Below are positions 10,036 through 19,656 of a stretch of 64,000 nt of DNA, piece by piece. The notes under the pieces were generated by a model. The model saw only the letters and a program-made list of their open reading frames with translations, made no database searches and had not been told where the DNA came from. The DNA lies in IMG/VR virus record IMGVR_UViG_3300035665_000001, positions 186,001 to 250,000 of that record, one strand, 5' to 3'. The translations under genes and the position numbers were made by a program. Each line of letters begins with the position of its first letter. Position 1 is the stretch's first letter.

Positions 10036-10803
10036 ATGATTGATTTAATTAAGGAAATAAATCTTGATACATTTATAATTTCAGATCTGCATTTTGCACA
10101 TAGTAGAATTCTACAATTTGAACCAGTAAGGGTTGAATACCTATCTGACTATAATTCCGATGTGATGCTAGAGTGTCAGGAATTATTAACTCTTTTGAAT
10201 TTAATTCCAAGAGAACAACGCTACAATCATACTGAGATAAACACACTGTGCAAATTTTTATTGCCTTTTCACGATGAAATGATTATAGAAAAATGGAACA
10301 TGACAGTTGGTGATGAAGATTTAATATTATGTTTGGGTGATTTTGCGTTTAGTGATGTTAAAAAATACACTGAACTTTTAAATGGTAGAAAAATATTATT
10401 GATGGGTAATCATGATAGAAATTCTGTTTCAGAATATTATGATTCTGGATGGAATTATGTTATTTCTACTGTCCACGAAAATATTGCATTGGATGAAGAT
10501 ATTACTATTCCCGAAATAATTCAAACTGATAAACACTGTAGTGGTTTGTTCAAAACCATTGAACAACATAAAATTTTATTTTCACATTATCCAATTTTTA
10601 ATACCAGTTTATATGATAATAAATTTTCAAAAATTACTGAAATTTTAGAATCAATGTATTCTAATAATAACGCAACTATTAATATTCATGGACATACTCA
10701 TAGTTCTAAATCAACATTTCCTAATGCTATTAGTGCGTCAATCGAATATTGTGCCTCTTTATCACCCATAACCATTCGAGCACTAATGGAAAAAAATCAA
10801 TAA
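10036..10803 (+). CDS. Calcineurin-like metallophosphoesterase
   Basis: SDLHF, LGDF, GNHD, FSHYP, IHGHTH motifs in canonical order. Confidence 0.9.
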   Translation: MIDLIKEINLDTFIISDLHFAHSRILQFEPVRVEYLSDYNSDVMLECQELLTLLNLIPREQRYNHTEINTLCKFLLPFHDEMIIEKWNMTVGDEDLILCLGDFAFSDVKKYTELLNGRKILLMGNHDRNSVSEYYDSGWNYVISTVHENIALDEDITIPEIIQTDKHCSGLFKTIEQHKILFSHYPIFNTSLYDNKFSKITEILESMYSNNNATINIHGHTHSSKSTFPNAISASIEYCASLSPITIRALMEKNQ

Positions 10804-10820
10804 TTGGTAAATGTTTTAAA

Positions 10821-10828
10821 TATAAATA
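10821..10828 (+). promoter_or_regulatory. T4-like late promoter TATAAATA
   Basis: Exact TATAAATA about 35 nt upstream of ATG 10862; specificity is limited in AT-rich DNA. Confidence 0.4.
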
Positions 10829-10861
10829 CAAATAATATAATGAATGTTTTTTGGAGTTAAA

Positions 10862-11236
10862 ATGTATAAGAAAATATTATTGTTTGGATTTTTAACAATT
10901 TTGTATGGCTGTGATGATACAGAGTTTCGAAAAAATAAAGAGATTGATGAATATATTGATAGTAAATATACGAGTAAATTACTGGAAGCCAATGTTAAGT
11001 TTCTAAAATGTTATCCACAAAAAGATGGAACAATGCGTGCAGTTTATACTACGATTCAAAGAGATAATTCATTTCCCGCAGTGGTAAGATTTGATTATTT
11101 TAATAATTCCTATAATCTTTATTTTGATGTATCTTATTTGAATACATCTAAAGACATTTTATTAACCGATATTGATAAATGTGTTGATGAATGGTCTAGA
11201 CTTAAAGAATCTAACCTTAGTTGGGGAAATGGATAA
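10862..11236 (+). CDS. Putative lipoprotein
   Basis: MYKKILLFGFLTILYG-C: basic N-terminus, hydrophobic core, lipobox Cys; GGAG RBS. Confidence 0.6.
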   Translation: MYKKILLFGFLTILYGCDDTEFRKNKEIDEYIDSKYTSKLLEANVKFLKCYPQKDGTMRAVYTTIQRDNSFPAVVRFDYFNNSYNLYFDVSYLNTSKDILLTDIDKCVDEWSRLKESNLSWGNG

Positions 11237-11238
11237 GT

Positions 11239-11679
11239 ATGTCCACATATACATTTGATATGTTAAGTATGTTAAATTATGTGGAAACCTATTCTAAAAA
11301 ACAATACATTCATAAAATGGTTTCCAAAATACGTGAAATAGGTGATGATGAATTTTGGGTATTAAATAAACAATATATGGAAATATATAAATTTCGGGCA
11401 GTTCGAGTATCAGAATTTGACGTACAAATGAATTTGGATAATGAGTTAGCAAAAGAACATATTTTTAGTGGAATATTCGTTTTACATATGAAGGAATTTT
11501 TGTTAAGATTTTTGGAAGAGGTTCCAGGAACTGTATATGTTAATAAGTTAGAATGTTACAGAGAACTCTATGATGTTTTATATGCAAAAGCTCATAAAAC
11601 AAAATCTTTAAAACAGAAAAAAATGTTGGTTGAAAAAATTGAGTTTATTGAAAATGAATTCCCACAATTTGTAATTTGA
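11239..11679 (+). CDS. Hypothetical protein
   Basis: ORF 11221-11679 of the track; start adjusted to the first ATG after the upstream stop. Confidence 0.55.
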   Translation: MSTYTFDMLSMLNYVETYSKKQYIHKMVSKIREIGDDEFWVLNKQYMEIYKFRAVRVSEFDVQMNLDNELAKEHIFSGIFVLHMKEFLLRFLEEVPGTVYVNKLECYRELYDVLYAKAHKTKSLKQKKMLVEKIEFIENEFPQFVI

Positions 11680-11706
11680 TGTAGGAATTCATTTCTTAAA
11701 TTTTAG

Positions 11707-12396
11707 TTATACGTGATATTTTTTTGATTTGATAGCACCATGTGTTCTCAAAGAGAATGTTTTTCCTTGTCTTCTCATAGCACTTATTTTTTTACCAAAC
11801 ATTCTACGAATTTTTTTATTTCTCATACGAATTTTTGATCTATTTTTTCTATAATTTAATTTTGCTGCTCTTTTTTCTGCAGATGTTGATTTTCCAAACA
11901 TAGATTCGTTGAAATCTTCATCTTCATCTTCATCACAGGTACATTCACCATTTTCATCTGGTTCACAGCATGGTTCATCTTCATCTTCATCCCATTCACC
12001 ACTGATATAATCTTCATTTTCATCAAAATCGGATTCTTCTACTTCACCACCACATGAAGGACATGCACCATCAACTAATTCTGCCTCTGTACCTATCCAA
12101 TCACCTTCAACACAAGCATATTCCATCATTTCATTATATTCATCATCATCACATGATTCACATGATTCCATTAATACATTTGCAAAAATTGATGAGATTG
12201 AATCCATCAATTTTGTTTTTTCTTTTTTAGTTAATGCATCATTTTTGAGCATTTCTAAAATTGTTTTAACTGCCTGTACGCTTCCATTTTTTGAATTTAA
12301 AGATCCCACTAAATCTTTATCTAAAGAAATTTTTGGTTTTTTACCCGCTTCTTTAAGATTTGCAGATGTTTTCATTAGTTCTCTTAAACTTGCCAT
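11707..12396 (-). CDS. Acidic, Cys-rich / basic-tailed protein, possibly prohead core or internal protein
   Basis: D/E-rich centre with CxxC motifs (CESC, CPSC), Arg/Lys-rich C-terminus, GAGG RBS, several TAAATA upstream. Confidence 0.55.
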   Translation of the reverse strand: MASLRELMKTSANLKEAGKKPKISLDKDLVGSLNSKNGSVQAVKTILEMLKNDALTKKEKTKLMDSISSIFANVLMESCESCDDDEYNEMMEYACVEGDWIGTEAELVDGACPSCGGEVEESDFDENEDYISGEWDEDEDEPCCEPDENGECTCDEDEDEDFNESMFGKSTSAEKRAAKLNYRKNRSKIRMRNKKIRRMFGKKISAMRRQGKTFSLRTHGAIKSKKYHV

Positions 12397-12479
12397 TTTA
12401 TTTCCTCACTTAGGTTATAATCGTTTTATTTATTTATTATTTATTTATGGATGAATTGTAAAATTACCATTTCAAAAAA

Positions 12480-12728
12480 ATGATGGATATAAAAATGGAT
12501 AATAATCAATATGCACCATTATCAGACAGTGAAATGATAATCTTAAAACGACAACATACACAGAATTTTGATGACATGACTATTAAAGCCACAATACAGC
12601 TATTACATATGTTGAATTTTTCTGATGAAACCATGAAAACACATGTAAATAGCGAAGCATATAACTTACTACTCCGCAGATTACATATGATAATTGATTG
12701 GACTAATTACCCTGAAAGATTAATTTAA
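12480..12728 (+). CDS. Hypothetical protein
   Basis: 82-aa ORF. Confidence 0.45.
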   Translation: MMDIKMDNNQYAPLSDSEMIILKRQHTQNFDDMTIKATIQLLHMLNFSDETMKTHVNSEAYNLLLRRLHMIIDWTNYPERLI

Positions 12729-12983
12729 TCTTTCAATTTTAACGGTCGACGCAAAATCACTACCTAGTTGGGAATTTAACCTTGATGCTAAATTTTCTAA
12801 TGCTGTATCATGATTATATTGTACTCTTCTATAATCAGTTAAATTTGGTATTTGTAAATTATTTACAATATTTGGTTGGTTAACCAGTTGTGTTTTTGCC
12901 CATTCTTCATGAAATTGTGTTGTATTTTTTGGTTCATTTAAACCTGCGAGTTCTCTAAATTCTGCCATTTCCGATGGTGTCAT
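12720..12983 (-). CDS. Hypothetical protein
   Basis: 87-aa ORF with AGGAG RBS. Confidence 0.6.
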   Translation of the reverse strand: MTPSEMAEFRELAGLNEPKNTTQFHEEWAKTQLVNQPNIVNNLQIPNLTDYRRVQYNHDTALENLASRLNSQLGSDFASTVKIERLN

Positions 12984-13073
12984 ACCTTACTCCTAAAAAC
13001 GTATATTTTTAAATTTTGATTTTACAAAAAAAATGTAAAATTGGTTAGTTAAATTAAATTAAATAGTGTAGGT

Positions 13074-14204
13074 ATGAAAACTAAAAATTATCATTATGTT
13101 TACAAAATTACAAATCATAATCCAGTAGATTCACGTAAGTTCTATATTGGTGTTAGAACAACGAAAGGGCGATTACCAGAAGATGATATTAATTATATGG
13201 GTTCATCAGATACATTAACCGCTGCAATTAAAACCCAAGGAAAAAAATATTTTTCTAAAGAAATTTTGTCAGTATGGCAATCAAAGGATGATGCATATGC
13301 TGAAGAAATAAGATTACATGAATTGTATGATGTTTGTAGAAACATGGAATATTATAATAATGCTAACCAAACGAGCACTAAATTTTGTACGGATGGTAGG
13401 GTTGTAGTGTTTGATAAGAACACGGGCAAAACAAAAAGTGTAACAAAAGAAGAATTTCAAACTGTTACTGATTATGTTGGTGTTAAAACAGGTATGGTTT
13501 CCGTAATGGATACTACCGATGGAGTATTTAAATCAGTGTCAAAGGAGGAATTTGAAAAATCCGAACATTATATTCATCCTGCAACTGGTAAAGTAACCGT
13601 GATTGATACCACCGATGGTTTAGTTAAACATGTGAACTGTACAGAATATAGAAGTTGTGAAAATTATGTTTCTATCGCTACTGGAACTGTAACGTGTTAT
13701 GATATTAGAGATGGAAAAAACAAACAAGTTTCTAAAGATGAATTTGATAATGCTGATAATTTAATCAGTTGTAATGCTGGAAAAGTTACTGTGCTTGATA
13801 CTCGTGATGGAATTAAGAAATCGGTAACTAAGGTAGAGTTTGATATTACCTCTCATTATGTCGGTGTTAAATCTGGTAGAGTTACCGCTTTCGATATTCG
13901 GGACAAAAAGTTTAAAACTGTTACGATTGAAGAATTTGCAAATGATGATAATTATGTGAAAGGTAATTCCAAAAAAGTTGTTATTTTTGATAATAATGAT
14001 AATGTGGTTTTTGTATCTTATGGCAATTTTGAAACTTTTTGTAAAAAACATAAATTGCCGTGCTTTGTATTTAGAATGTCATATCGTAATAATGGCAGTC
14101 CAATCTATCAAAATTTAAGAGGCGTAACAAAAGCAAAGATATTTAAAAATGGAAACTACAAATATATCGGTTGGTATGCTAAAATTAGTGATGATACAAC
14201 TTAA
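13074..14204 (+). CDS. GIY-YIG (Seg-like) homing endonuclease with six 32-aa repeats
   Basis: YHYVYKITN..KFYIGVR..YMGSS..KEIL..EIRLH..YYN; then six units of G(K/R)V(T/S)xxDxxDGxxKxVxxxEF. Confidence 0.85.
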   Translation: MKTKNYHYVYKITNHNPVDSRKFYIGVRTTKGRLPEDDINYMGSSDTLTAAIKTQGKKYFSKEILSVWQSKDDAYAEEIRLHELYDVCRNMEYYNNANQTSTKFCTDGRVVVFDKNTGKTKSVTKEEFQTVTDYVGVKTGMVSVMDTTDGVFKSVSKEEFEKSEHYIHPATGKVTVIDTTDGLVKHVNCTEYRSCENYVSIATGTVTCYDIRDGKNKQVSKDEFDNADNLISCNAGKVTVLDTRDGIKKSVTKVEFDITSHYVGVKSGRVTAFDIRDKKFKTVTIEEFANDDNYVKGNSKKVVIFDNNDNVVFVSYGNFETFCKKHKLPCFVFRMSYRNNGSPIYQNLRGVTKAKIFKNGNYKYIGWYAKISDDTT

Positions 14205-15511
14205 AAAACAGAAGGGAGAATATCCCATTTATCCATATCGGAGTCAGGATCATAATCATCATCCTCATCATATTCTACAACAGATGAACCATTTTGTGCC
14301 ATTCTGGCGTAGTATTCTCTTTCCTGTTTCTTTGCTTCTTCAATTAATTTTAGTTCTTCCTGTTTTTGTTGTTCTAATCGCAAAGTTTCTTTTTCTACTC
14401 GTTCTTTATATAATTTCGCAGGATCAATTTCTTCTTTATTGGTGTTGATAATTTTTTCATCTTTTTTAGTAATCAACATATTATCAACAGAAAAATCACC
14501 CATCGCGTAGTTTGCGAATTCATTAAGAAGATAATATACCATTAAGAATGAACAGGTGACTCTATCGTCAGTATAACCAGATTTAGCACAATACGCCCCA
14601 CCAGCTGTTCTAATAAATCCATATAATTCCTCAATAAATCTTCCATCTCGAATTACCATTTTGTCGTACTCAACCAAATTTTTAAATTGTAATGCTAGTT
14701 TATTTTTAAGAGTTGGGGTTATGTGTAATCCAGGTTTACCCTTAATATCATAGAAGATAGGCATTTCAAGATTTTCGATTGCCTTTTCAGTTTGGGTTAA
14801 AATTTGAGCTAATCCCTCACCAATACCATTACGTTCAAAGATAATAAGTGCTTCATTTGGTTCATACTGCCATCTTGTTCGCATGTAATCCTGTAACCAT
14901 AATAATTTTTCAAATAGTACTGATGCATCAGCAAATTCATCGACAAAAGAGGCGATTTCATAAACCTTATGTGGTGCTATTTCCCAAATTTGTAAACAAC
15001 TACTATTATTACCACCTGCGGATGGGTCAATAGTTACCACTAACAAACCATCATCGTGCTCCAATTTATCTTTAAAAATATTAAAACCATTAACATCCTC
15101 CTCAAGAATTTCAGGTATTTGGTAAAAATCTAAAATATCTGTAGAAATTAATGAAAGTTCGAAAGTGATGAAAGCACAATTATGGGTTTTTAATGAATTA
15201 GCCAATAAAAAACTGTGCTCATCGTTTTCAACCTCAATAATATCAAACATTTTGGTAAAATTGTGAATTTCATTGATTTCCTCCACCTCACACAAACCCG
15301 TTTCGGTTTTTAAATCAAACCCCACTAATAAATCTTTTGCTTTTATTAACAGGTTATTTGATGTCCAAAATAAATGTTCACCAGAACATTTTACCGAAAT
15401 ATCATTGCTTAATTTTATTTCAAAAAACGAATTATGTTCAGATGATGCTATTCCTGCAAACGCTTTGTAACCTTCAGGAGTTTTTATTTTAAATCTATTA
15501 TTTTTTACCAT
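14201..15511 (-). CDS. terL: Large terminase C-terminal fragment: split-intein C-half (111 aa) plus RNase H-fold nuclease domain
   Basis: IKTPEGYKAFAGI..CSGEHLF..FDIIEVENDEHSFLLANSLKTHN|CAF, then gp17-like TIDPSAGG, IFERNGIGEGL, GYTDDRV; ends in a coiled-coil/acidic tail. Confidence 0.88.
   Translation of the reverse strand: MVKNNRFKIKTPEGYKAFAGIASSEHNSFFEIKLSNDISVKCSGEHLFWTSNNLLIKAKDLLVGFDLKTETGLCEVEEINEIHNFTKMFDIIEVENDEHSFLLANSLKTHNCAFITFELSLISTDILDFYQIPEILEEDVNGFNIFKDKLEHDDGLLVVTIDPSAGGNNSSCLQIWEIAPHKVYEIASFVDEFADASVLFEKLLWLQDYMRTRWQYEPNEALIIFERNGIGEGLAQILTQTEKAIENLEMPIFYDIKGKPGLHITPTLKNKLALQFKNLVEYDKMVIRDGRFIEELYGFIRTAGGAYCAKSGYTDDRVTCSFLMVYYLLNEFANYAMGDFSVDNMLITKKDEKIINTNKEEIDPAKLYKERVEKETLRLEQQKQEELKLIEEAKKQEREYYARMAQNGSSVVEYDEDDDYDPDSDMDKWDILPSVF
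15179..15511 (-). other. Atypically split intein, C-half (TerL intein 2)
   Basis: Contains block B (SGEH), block F and terminal HN followed by +1 Cys; lacks block A. Confidence 0.85.
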
Positions 15512-15615
15512 GAATTTTTTCTCAAATTAATGTAATTAAACTATATTTATGAATTTTTTGTTGAAACAATTACAAAAATAAATAAATATAATAAAATTAT
15601 AATTTGGAGAAAAAA

Positions 15616-16422
15616 ATGACGGTAGTAAACCAGAGTGATATTAAAAGTGGTTCAAAACCTGTTAGGGATTTATTTTCATTACTACCAAAAGACAGAGATT
15701 ATGGTTGGTTGTGTACGCAAACCTATTCAAATGACGATCTTGTCGAAATTTCATATATTGTGAATAATATTGAGAGTCCACATATCAAGAATTTTGGTTT
15801 TTTTAACTTACTGATACAGAGTCAAGCTGGACCATTCAATTCTGCTGTTTTTGCTGTCTATTTAAAAGAGTTAAATGCTGTAGATGTTCTAATTCATTTG
15901 ATCGCAAAAACCCCTAACTTATCAGAAAAAGAAAAAATTGCTTGGTTGGAAAACCCAAATATTATATCTAAAGGTTTTATGACAATGGTTAGATATTTTT
16001 TTGATCATGGTGTTGCCGCACAATGTGGAATTTCTAATACTAAATCACCATATAATGTGATATTTGCAAAAGAAATAATGGTATATGGTTATAGTACAAA
16101 TCATGATCGATTAAAAGACTTTTTATTTGGTTCGTTAAATTCTTTGACTCCTGCTGAATTAGATTCATGGTATCGTGAAACTCTTTTTATGATTTGTGGT
16201 GAGGATAATTATGTAGCAGTTGATGTGTTGGGTGATTATCCAAATACACCCGAAAATTTGTTGGATGACTATTTTTCACATACTCAAAACACTGCGTTGA
16301 AATTGAAATTGGCTTTGCATAAAAATTTCCCAGTAAAAAAAATATATCCTATATGGAAAGAAACTGAAAATACCATATTGTATGATAAGTTACCAGCGTC
16401 AATAAAAAGCTTGATATTCTAA
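15616..16422 (+). CDS. LRV/HEAT-like repeat protein with C-terminal tag
   Basis: AKTPNLSEKE, GDYPNTPENLL, ALHKNFPVKK repeats; GGAG RBS; ends KLPASIKSLIF. Confidence 0.6.
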   Translation: MTVVNQSDIKSGSKPVRDLFSLLPKDRDYGWLCTQTYSNDDLVEISYIVNNIESPHIKNFGFFNLLIQSQAGPFNSAVFAVYLKELNAVDVLIHLIAKTPNLSEKEKIAWLENPNIISKGFMTMVRYFFDHGVAAQCGISNTKSPYNVIFAKEIMVYGYSTNHDRLKDFLFGSLNSLTPAELDSWYRETLFMICGEDNYVAVDVLGDYPNTPENLLDDYFSHTQNTALKLKLALHKNFPVKKIYPIWKETENTILYDKLPASIKSLIF

Positions 16423-16425
16423 GAG

Positions 16426-16459
16426 TGAGTTGGTTGATAGATTGTTTTCAACCAACTCA
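16426..16459. terminator. Inverted repeat between convergent genes
   Basis: TGAGTTGGTTGA / TCAACCAACTCA, 12-bp stem. Confidence 0.65.
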
Positions 16460-16466
16460 TTTGTAA

Positions 16467-16982
16467 TTATACCAACTTACTCAATAGGTAAGTTTTATGT
16501 TTATTATTGTTAAAAACAAACATCACCTCATTTTTTTCTGTATTTTCATACAATTTAAATTTCTTGTAAATTGAAATTAATTGAGTAATTGGTGCAGTCA
16601 TAGTAACCATATTCACTCTTACATTTCTATCATAACAGAACGCTTGTAGGTCAGTAATATTTTTACCAAAACTTCCAAGATAATTGAAATTTTTAAGGTC
16701 GATTGCTTTTTCTGGTGAGGTTCCTAGAGTTTGATCTGTTACGGGAACTAATTTGTTTCGAGTTAATCTGAATGTCCCTTCAAAATCAATTTCTTCGGGA
16801 TTGTCATATACAATCATTGTTTTATCATTAATGCACGTCAAATATTCATTACATGCTGATGTATAAAGATTTGTTTTTTCACGTTGTAAATTTTTAAAAC
16901 TTTTTAACACTTCACGGTTAACATTGTCAATAATATCTAGGTTTAATGCTTCCACAACTATACTCATCGGTAAATTCTCCAT
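16467..16982 (-). CDS. Hypothetical protein
   Basis: ORF 16467-17048 of the track; start adjusted to MENLPM. Confidence 0.55.
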   Translation of the reverse strand: MENLPMSIVVEALNLDIIDNVNREVLKSFKNLQREKTNLYTSACNEYLTCINDKTMIVYDNPEEIDFEGTFRLTRNKLVPVTDQTLGTSPEKAIDLKNFNYLGSFGKNITDLQAFCYDRNVRVNMVTMTAPITQLISIYKKFKLYENTEKNEVMFVFNNNKHKTYLLSKLV

Positions 16983-17065
16983 TTTTAATTTATTTTGAAT
17001 TATTTTACAAAAAAATAAAAATTTAGTATAATTCTTTTGGAATACCAATAAATACGGAGAATTCT

Positions 17066-17827
17066 ATGTTCATATCATGGTTAGAAAAAAAATGTTATCC
17101 AAACCATCCAATATCTTTGACCGCTGAAGAATGGGTTGAATGGGAAAAGGTAGAAAAATCAAAACCAATTTGTAATTTTTGTGTTAATGTAGTTCCTCAA
17201 TGGTGTAAAAAATATATTACTAGACCCCTATCAAATGCACAATATTGGTTTTTATATCGGTTTGTTAAAAAACACAAATATCATTTAATTGATACTGGAT
17301 TGTTACCAGGCTATTATGATGTGGATACTCGTATTTTTCATGGTGTTTTTAATTTGATGAAAGAATTTTGTGAGGATGAACAACCTAGAAATGATTGGAT
17401 GTGGGAATCTGATAAAAATTCTAAAAAATTTGTTCCTGGATTTAATGCAGCGATTGAATCTTTTAAATGGCAAAAAGAATTGGTTTATACCTCGGATGAT
17501 GTCTGGGATATTGAAAATCAACATCTTATTGGTACACCACAACCACAGGCTTTAGTTGCTAAAGAATTAGAAGAAATCTATATTTGGTGGGTGGTAACTA
17601 GACCAAATCGAGAAGATCCATATAAAAAATTTCAGGATTTTTATTTTGAAAATCTTTTGCGAGAAAAAGGTTCCAGTATGTCACTATTATGTGCGAGATC
17701 ACCAGAAGAAGAAGAAAAAAGAGCATTGGTAGTTGCACAACGAGATGAATTAGAAAAGCAGTATAAAGATGAGGATGAAAATATGCTACTTAGATTGATA
17801 AAAATTAGACATTCTTTATGGACATGA
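17066..17827 (+). CDS. Phage hypothetical protein
   Basis: 253-aa Trp-rich ORF; GGAG RBS; TTTACA-17-TATAAT promoter at 17004-17032. Confidence 0.7.
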   Translation: MFISWLEKKCYPNHPISLTAEEWVEWEKVEKSKPICNFCVNVVPQWCKKYITRPLSNAQYWFLYRFVKKHKYHLIDTGLLPGYYDVDTRIFHGVFNLMKEFCEDEQPRNDWMWESDKNSKKFVPGFNAAIESFKWQKELVYTSDDVWDIENQHLIGTPQPQALVAKELEEIYIWWVVTRPNREDPYKKFQDFYFENLLREKGSSMSLLCARSPEEEEKRALVVAQRDELEKQYKDEDENMLLRLIKIRHSLWT

Positions 17828-17924
17828 TGTTATTTGGGATTGTTATGTGAAATATTATTTTAGTTGTCGACATTCAATAACATATAAATATTCTGTTTTT
17901 AAAAAATTAATCGAGATTACGAAA

Positions 17925-18365
17925 ATGAAAAAAATATTATTACTGGCAATTTTATCATCGATACACCAAAATGCTCATGCTTTAAAAGTTATAGATAATG
18001 TAGTTGTCCCTATGGGTGCTGGAATTGCAGGAGCAATGATTTATCAGTCAATTAGTAGTGATGATAATCGGAGAAATAACAATCAGTATAACTCAGATTA
18101 TAATCGAAATACTTATCAATATAATAATACCTACCAATACAACAATAGTTATGGTCGAACCAATGATTATCAGTATAATAGAAACCACTACGATAACCAA
18201 TATGATTATAACAGTGATTACAGTAGAAGTAGAGATAATGAAAGAGAATATGAAGAACGACAAATTGAAAGAGATATTATTAGAGAAGAAAAAAGAAAAT
18301 TGCGATACTGTAAATATTTGTTAAATACACAACAACTTAATATGTATCGTTATAAATGTCAGTAG
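17925..18365 (+). CDS. Secreted protein with Asn/Tyr/Gln-rich low-complexity domain
   Basis: Signal peptide MKKILLLAILSSIHQNAHA, glycine-zipper-like GAGIAGAM, NNQYNSDYNRNTYQYNNTYQYNN tract; TATAAATA at 17883-17890. Confidence 0.6.
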   Translation: MKKILLLAILSSIHQNAHALKVIDNVVVPMGAGIAGAMIYQSISSDDNRRNNNQYNSDYNRNTYQYNNTYQYNNSYGRTNDYQYNRNHYDNQYDYNSDYSRSRDNEREYEERQIERDIIREEKRKLRYCKYLLNTQQLNMYRYKCQ

Positions 18366-18647
18366 TTGAAACACGAATCAGATATTGTGTTAATTTTTTT
18401 GGAGTTAATTATGAGTAAATTTATTTTACCGTGTTGTATTGGTTATATATTGATTAATTTGAATCATGTGATTTTTGGATATTCAGTTCATGATGATGTA
18501 ATACAGTTAATCAGTCATATGTTTTTACTGTTTTCGGAAATTTTTGTTATTGAATCCCTGATAAAATGGTTTAATAGACATGAAAATGTTGTATAATAAT
18601 ATTGAAAGTTACAACCATTAACACTAATTTTTTGAGTAGATAACACA

Positions 18648-19625
18648 ATGCATACAGCAACAGACATCAAAAATTTAAAAGAAATTAAAGATTTTCTTGA
18701 TGAAAACGGATTAGAATATAGCACTGAATATGATAACTTTTGCCTCCATTATGGTAATCCAGATGGTAAAAGGTCTTATGAAATTTGTTATGTTGCATCA
18801 CACGAATACCCTATATCATACAAACAATATGGCATTGCAGGAGTGGATGCCGCATATTTTTATGAATTGTCTCATAAAGCAGAACACGAACAAAATTCCT
18901 TTAAATGTTGGGTTAAAGATTATGAATGGGCTGATGATAGAAAAAGAGAAGTGTTAAAATCTTACTTTATGCACGCAGCTGGTAAAACACGTTATAAATT
19001 TTATGCAAGGGATTGTGAAGTTCGTGAAGTTTCTACTCCAGTTGCTAGAAAATTTGAAAGTGAAAATTGTTTTTATGGTAAACGAGGTGCTTCTTTAAAT
19101 TTAGGTCTTTATTTGCGAAAAGAAAAAAATGGATTACCAGCTGGTACATTGATGATGATTTATACTTTTGGTAAAAACTTTTTTGGAAAGGATGATTCTA
19201 TTGAAGTTTTGCGTGTAGGAACTAAAAAGTTTTCGAATGTTGTTGGTGGAGCATCTAAGTTACTAAAGCATTTCATTTATAATTACCCAGTGTTGCGAAT
19301 CGGTGCAGTTGATGTTCCCGTAACCGTTTTGAAATTCTATAGTGATTATGACCATAACATTGGTAACAGTATGGACGAATTAGGATTTAAGTTTGTAAGT
19401 TATTCGGGTGGTGGATTTATGAATTACTGGGTTGCTACTGGAGAAGTAAAAGGTAGACAACCAAACAAACACAAATGGGTTATGGAACAAATGAAAGAAG
19501 GAAAAGTATTGGCAATTCCAAATGCTGGGGTAAAAACCTTTGTAATGTATGTTGATAGATCAACTTTACCACCACCTCCAGAAAAAATTATCGATCCTAA
19601 TGTTGGACCAGAAGTTCTTTTCTAA
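18648..19625 (+). CDS. Hef-like homing-endonuclease-related protein with GNAT-like C-domain
   Basis: FYARDCEVREV, LGLY, YTFG, VVGGASKLLKHF, YSD, GF pattern recalled from phage Hef-like proteins. Confidence 0.55.
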   Translation: MHTATDIKNLKEIKDFLDENGLEYSTEYDNFCLHYGNPDGKRSYEICYVASHEYPISYKQYGIAGVDAAYFYELSHKAEHEQNSFKCWVKDYEWADDRKREVLKSYFMHAAGKTRYKFYARDCEVREVSTPVARKFESENCFYGKRGASLNLGLYLRKEKNGLPAGTLMMIYTFGKNFFGKDDSIEVLRVGTKKFSNVVGGASKLLKHFIYNYPVLRIGAVDVPVTVLKFYSDYDHNIGNSMDELGFKFVSYSGGGFMNYWVATGEVKGRQPNKHKWVMEQMKEGKVLAIPNAGVKTFVMYVDRSTLPPPPEKIIDPNVGPEVLF

Positions 19626-19656
19626 AAAAATTATTTTGTGTACTAAAGGATAAAAA

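Noticed and set aside
998-16422. C-terminal Phe tag as a BAM outer-membrane beta-signal
   Set aside because: The proteins look alpha-helical, lack signal peptides, and the tail does not alternate like a terminal beta strand.
18060-18230. AAT/AAC-rich tract as a DGR template
   Set aside because: It lacks the TGG/GAG/CAG/AAG scaffold and is explained by the N/Y-rich coding region.
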